DNA of 64,000 nt from Podarcis cretensis (Eukaryota). Below, one piece after another: positions 58,856 to 64,000 of this stretch. Below the pieces are notes generated by a model. The model saw only the letters and a list, made by a program, of their open reading frames with translations. It did not search any database and had not been told where the DNA came from. Each line of letters starts with the position of its first letter. Position 1 is the first letter of the stretch. Location of the stretch: contig OX638153.1 in assembly GCA_951804945.1 (NCBI GenBank), positions 95,604,001 through 95,668,000 on the forward strand, written 5' to 3'. Made by a program: the position numbers and the translations under genes.

Positions 58856-60232
58856 CCAAGTCGATTAAGCACGAATCCTCACCCCAACCCATACCTCATC
58901 TTCAATACTCCAGGCAATTTTCTCACTTCTTGGCTCCAGTCTTGGGAACTGTGGAAAGTGTCTAAAACAACAGATTGGTGGGAGGTAATGCATGGAAATG
59001 GATATAAGTCCAGCACACTATTCTACACACTCCTGTTATTGTTAAAGTAAGGCATACCACAACTTCCTCATTTATATGAGAAGAGGGCAGGCACATTAAA
59101 AGAAACCCGTGGCAACCACCATATTCCATATGACTCTCAGCTGCCTGTAATCAAGTGTAAAGAAATCATGTGAATATGTATGCCTGTGTGAACCACAGTA
59201 TCGCTCAGGGATACTTTGAGGCTGATGTGATAAACATGGTTTGATAGAGTACACATGGAAAGATTTCACTCTTTTGATTTATTCACAGTCTTACTACTAA
59301 CCCATTGGTCATGTAATACAACAGAAGCATTTCTATTTTCCCCTCTCAGTAACTGGAAGGGCTTTATTTATTACATTTTAATACCACCTATTTAATACCA
59401 TGACTTTTACGAAAGTCATGAGGCAGTGCATATCCTAAAAGACACAGTAATATGCAAAACAAATTTTATTTAATATTAAATAAATATTATTAAATATTAA
59501 CCAATATAATGTTGCATGTTGAATAATATGCAAAATAAACATTATTAAATATTAAAACAGCAATGTGCAGGTGCAACAGGCTGGAAAAATAGGAAATAAA
59601 ACTGGAATTACACTGGAATTACTGAGGCTGCAATCTTATCCACAGTGACTTTGGGATATGTATCACTGAACATTAGCTGCACCTCCCCTTTCTCCACACC
59701 CATCATGATGTTTCATCTTTAATTTACTTAGTTTCAGCCTAAGAGTTTTAGTCCATGGTATTAAAATCTAAAAACTGCTTCAAAGACATGTTTCAACTGT
59801 TGTTTTTTTAAGGTATTATTCTTGCACTCTTCAATTTTTTCCTAACTGGATATAATTTAGTGCTCAGCAGGACTGCCCTGCTTGACCTGAAGCAAAGTTA
59901 GTCCAAATGACCCAAACTGAGTCCTGTTTTAGTTTCATTCAGCCTTCTACCAGTCCCTCTAAAAGGAAGTAGGAACGAACCACTTGCAGGCTGGACAGTT
60001 CCTTTATGAATCATATTAACTGTTGTTTTTTCCTCTCTGAGCAAGCTCTAAATTCCTTATTCTTATCTTGTCCATTTGCCTGTTCTGAGATCTCAGCCTT
60101 CTTCCTGTTTGCCTATCCTGACTCCTTGGTACCGTGTCAGCTGTTATCTGCCAGGAGAAAGTCCTAGTGCTGACTCTGAAAAGACTTGTCCAGCATATTT
60201 TTAAGCATATTTAGTCAGAGGTAATTCCCAAT

Positions 60233-60591
60233 AGGGACGCAGGTGGCGCTGTGGGTTAAAGCCTCAGCGCCTAGGACTTGCCGATCGAAAGGTCGGCGGT
60301 TCGAATCCCTGCGGCGGGGTGCGCTCCCGCTGCTCGGTCCCAGCGCCTGCCAACCTAGCAGTTCGAAAGCACCTCCGGGTGCAAGTAGATAAATAGGGAC
60401 CGCTTACCAGCGGGAAGGTAAACGGCGTTTCCGTGTGCGGCTCTGGCTCGCCAGATGCAGCTTTGTCACGCTGGCCACGTGACCCGGAAGTGTCTCCGGA
60501 CAGCGCTGGCCCCTGGCCTCTTAAGTGAGATGGGCGCACAACCCCAGAGTCTGTCAAGACTGGCTCGTACGGGCAGGGGTACCTTTACCTT
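60233..60591 (+). mobile_element. Sauria SINE (young, CpG-rich)
   Basis: Full length; TSD TAATTCCCAAT at 60222 and 60592. Confidence 0.92.
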
Positions 60592-62859
60592 TAATTCCCA
60601 ATGGGATTTATTCCCTAGTAACTGTGTTTAGGATTGCATCCTTTAACTATATGTTTACATTCCAGCTTTGTCCTGGTTTCCCCCTAGGATTCAGATTTGG
60701 TTTATAATGGCCCTGGTGACTGCCACCTAGTACTCTATACCAAAGGAGAACAAAGAACTCAGAAAATTCCATTGAAGGATCTACCCTTAGTAAATCCTGG
60801 TCAGGGATGAAGAAGGAAACAACTATTATTTAGTATCTTGAACATTTATTATTTGGATACCTAGAAATGTACTCAATGCCATCACATGCACTTAAGGGGC
60901 GGGGAATAAATAATTAACAACAAAATCTTTTTGATTTGAATTGCACAATGGTGAACTATTCAGAAAGGTGTGGCTGGAACCTTTGCAATTTCTTGCTTGA
61001 TGAAATAAAAGGCTGTTATTTCAGGATAACACACTTGCAATAACAACTTATACATTTTTGTTCAGAGCCTGTCATTGTTAGAGAATAGGGAGCAATTTCT
61101 GAACAATTTAAGCAGCTGTTACTGTAACTACATAATGGTCGTGTTTTATAACTATATAATTACTGGAAAATATAAATCGTTCTTGATGGGTACAGTATAA
61201 TATGTTTCACAATATTTATGTTGTAAAATTCACTGATATAACTAGAATTTACTTAGAGCTATAGCAGGAAAAAGAATAAACTGCGGAAGTCAACCCCCAT
61301 TCCAATTCAACTGACAATTTATTCTGATAAAACAGAAAGTCCTGTATTTACCCTACAATGTATTCCTGGGCAGCTCCTTGTGTGACTTTTGAAAAACGTT
61401 GTACCCTCTCATCAATTACACCTACCAAAGGTTCCCCTTTTTATTTTATGGAGGCATGATGGGAAATGGCTTGCACTTTCTCCCTTACACAAAGTGAAGC
61501 ACAAGGCCCCTTTACATCAAAGTGCAGGGATTGATTCCAGAGAACTGGTGTAGCAACACTAAAAGTATACCTCAGGGACATATAACCACAGCTGCGAGCA
61601 GTGAAGAAGTATCAGATTGCTTACTCATGAAAAGACACCTTCCTCAAGAGTAGGCTTCTGACTCTAGGCCTGTAGACACACACTGTGCTATTGTTATTCT
61701 ATTGGCACCAGCACTCTCAAGGACCTCCTCTGAAACACCCAGGGGTTCTTCCTCAGGTATCAACCCAGAAGTCCTATCAAGGGTTTCCTCAGCATTGGAC
61801 TCAGGGGGCCCTGCCTGGTCCTTCAGATGTGGGGTGTCTTGTTCCTCCTCTGAGGATTCCATGCCTGGCACCAGATCAGGACCAGGCACACCACCACCTT
61901 GCCCAACCTGGCCCTCTGCTGCTGCTTCAGGACTACAATGACTTGCTGCCAAATAATTGCATTACCCACCTGTACAATTATGAATAAACAAATTAGAAAG
62001 ATAAATAAATGTATCTTCAGCCTCCAGGACTCTGGGAGAACCACTGGTAATTTGGGACCACAGCACTTGCCAGCCTGTTAAACTGCATTACATGATGAAG
62101 CAACTCATTCTCCTGATGAGGAAACTGTGCTGAGCATGGCTGAAACAGCACTTTTCCCTTCAGCTGCATGCCTGAAGAATACGCATTTCGTCTGCATGCA
62201 GCCCTGCAGCACTTGCATCAACCTCATTAGAGAAGCCAGTAGCAGGACTCCCTTGCATTTGCTGTAGGGGTGTGCCACAGGGAGGAAACGATTGCACAAA
62301 TGTTTCTTACTCCATGCTTTTATAAATGTAGTGGAAAAAAATGCAGAAAATACATTGCTACATTCTGCTCCCCTGAACCTATACTGTTATGCACTATAAT
62401 ATTTGTCCCTCCTTTGAACATTAATGTCAATGCATAACAACAACAACAACAACAAAGTAGTATTTCTACTGCAACAAGATGCACAGTCCGCATGTTCCCC
62501 CCACAAAGAATCCTGGGAACTGTTGTGTACCCTTCAGTTTCCAGCACTCTTAACAAACTATAGTTCCCTGGATTCTTTTTTTTGGGGGGTGGGGTGGGGT
62601 GGGGTGGGGTGGGGTTGTTATGTATGTTTACCCAAAATCTTAAGTACTATATCATACTAACCAATTGGCCACTAAATACATGGAGTTTTCATGCAGTGCA
62701 TTTCATTTCATTTCATTTCATTTCATTGGGTGTGAATAGGCAGTCAATGCAGTTGCTCTTCCTGACCATGCCTCTGGCAGCACACAGGCTGCTGCATTCT
62801 GCACTAGTTTGAGCCTCAGGACCATCTTCAAGGGAATACAAAAGTACAGTGCACTGCAG

Positions 62860-63300
62860 TTGCCTAAACTGAATGTTATCAGAGCATAAGAGTACAGGGG
62901 TCAAGTCATTCTTGTCCAGAATAGGTCATAGCTGGTATATATACTGTAGGTGGAAGTTGGCATTCCAAGTCACCAAGGCCACCTGGGCCTCAAGTTAAAA
63001 TTAATGGATCAAGATCCCCAAACTATACACCAGTTCCTTTGAGAGGTGTGCAATTCCACCTCCCAGACCTAAGAACCTGGCACCTCTGTTGTACTGAATT
63101 CAGTTTAAATTTGTAGACCCACATCCAGCCCATCACTACTGGCAAGCTCGGTCCTAGCACCTGAACTGCTTCTCTTGATTCAGATGGTAGAGATAGAGCT
63201 GGGTTTCATTAGCCACCTCACTCCACATATTCTGATGACAACTTCCAACAGCTTCATAGAGATGTTAAATAAGCATAGGAATCAGGATGGGCACCAGTGG
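62860..63300 (-). mobile_element. Highly degenerate L2-type RT fragment
   Basis: Remnants of LFNIxM.., QLYLY, GVVLGILIH on the - strand. Confidence 0.45.
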
Positions 63301-64000
63301 ACTTCCATAAGACAACTCCCATAGAAATAGCTTCCCACTGCTATTAGGACAATAGCATCTGAAAGCAACTATATGCAAATAGATTTACATTCTACTCATG
63401 GGGTTATTTGGCGGCCACTCTGAGTTCGTTAAGCAAAATAACCAAAATAACTGAATAATCTTTTAAACAAATGGGGGAATTGATAAATGGGCAGAAATGT
63501 AGAGTGAGAAATATTCAGCAATGCTAAGATCTAATTTGAGCATTACATATTCTCTTAACGAAAAATAAGCCATGGGAGAAATATAGACAAAGAGTATTAC
63601 AGTGGGTGTTATCTTATTCATCTCCCTCTGAGGATGAACAAATCAGAAGGGGATAATCACTAGCTCACCCCAGTACTGGATTCTTCTTCTTTCCAATCAA
63701 TAACATTGAAGCGAGATGCCAACCTTCCCATCACAACCAGACCAAAGAATGGTATATGCTTATCTAACAGAACAGGGACGTGACCTCTAATATGTCAGGA
63801 CATGGATCAACTCCATGGACTTTTAATTAGAGAAAGTAAATCCTATGCAGATGGGTGCACACAGTTGTTATGAGGTTACCCTAGCAACTGTAACCTTGCC
63901 TTTGGGTAGTAGAAAGCAGAAGGTGTAAACTGACAGGGCTCTGTTAATCTTCAGCCTACCTAAAGGGAATAAGGTGTTCTATGTGGATCACATAACTTCC

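Noticed and set aside
61644-61952. Acidic 102-aa ORF as an exon
   Set aside because: No convincing splice or homology support; composition resembles LTR-element filler
62112-62160. CTGATGAG...GAAAC as a second hammerhead
   Set aside because: No stem II or stem III pairing and no properly placed cleavage triplet; likewise CTGATGA at 25171 and 26157
1-64000. CRISPR arrays, operons or other prokaryotic systems
   Set aside because: The sequence is intron-containing vertebrate DNA; repeats are microsatellites and dispersed TEs, with no repeat-spacer array

Overview
Vertebrate genomic DNA, almost certainly a squamate and probably a lacertid lizard (Sauria/Squam1 and Squam3-type SINEs, BovB, CR1, L1, L2, hAT MITEs). 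It carries the conserved block EEF1AKMT4 (first coding exon, - strand), ALG3 (complete, 9 coding exons, + strand, 443 aa, with a U12 AT-AC intron 7) and VWA5B2 (21 coding exons, - strand, about 1320 aa), embedded in dense, often nested transposon debris. The most notable non-genic signal is a 688-bp insertion at 52780-53467. It has a 15-bp target-site duplication and ~260-bp inverted arms, and its loop contains a type I hammerhead ribozyme core (Penelope-like/retrozyme-like element). Other points of interest: the EEF1AKMT4/ALG3 divergent promoter split by ~4 kb of TEs, an overlapping poly-Ala uORF with a (GCA)11 repeat ahead of ALG3, a perfect 102-bp palindrome, a clean solo LTR, a TSD-less LTR/DIRS-like insertion and an L2 with an in-frame RT deletion. 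Gene and TE family names come from recognition of sequence, not from database searches.
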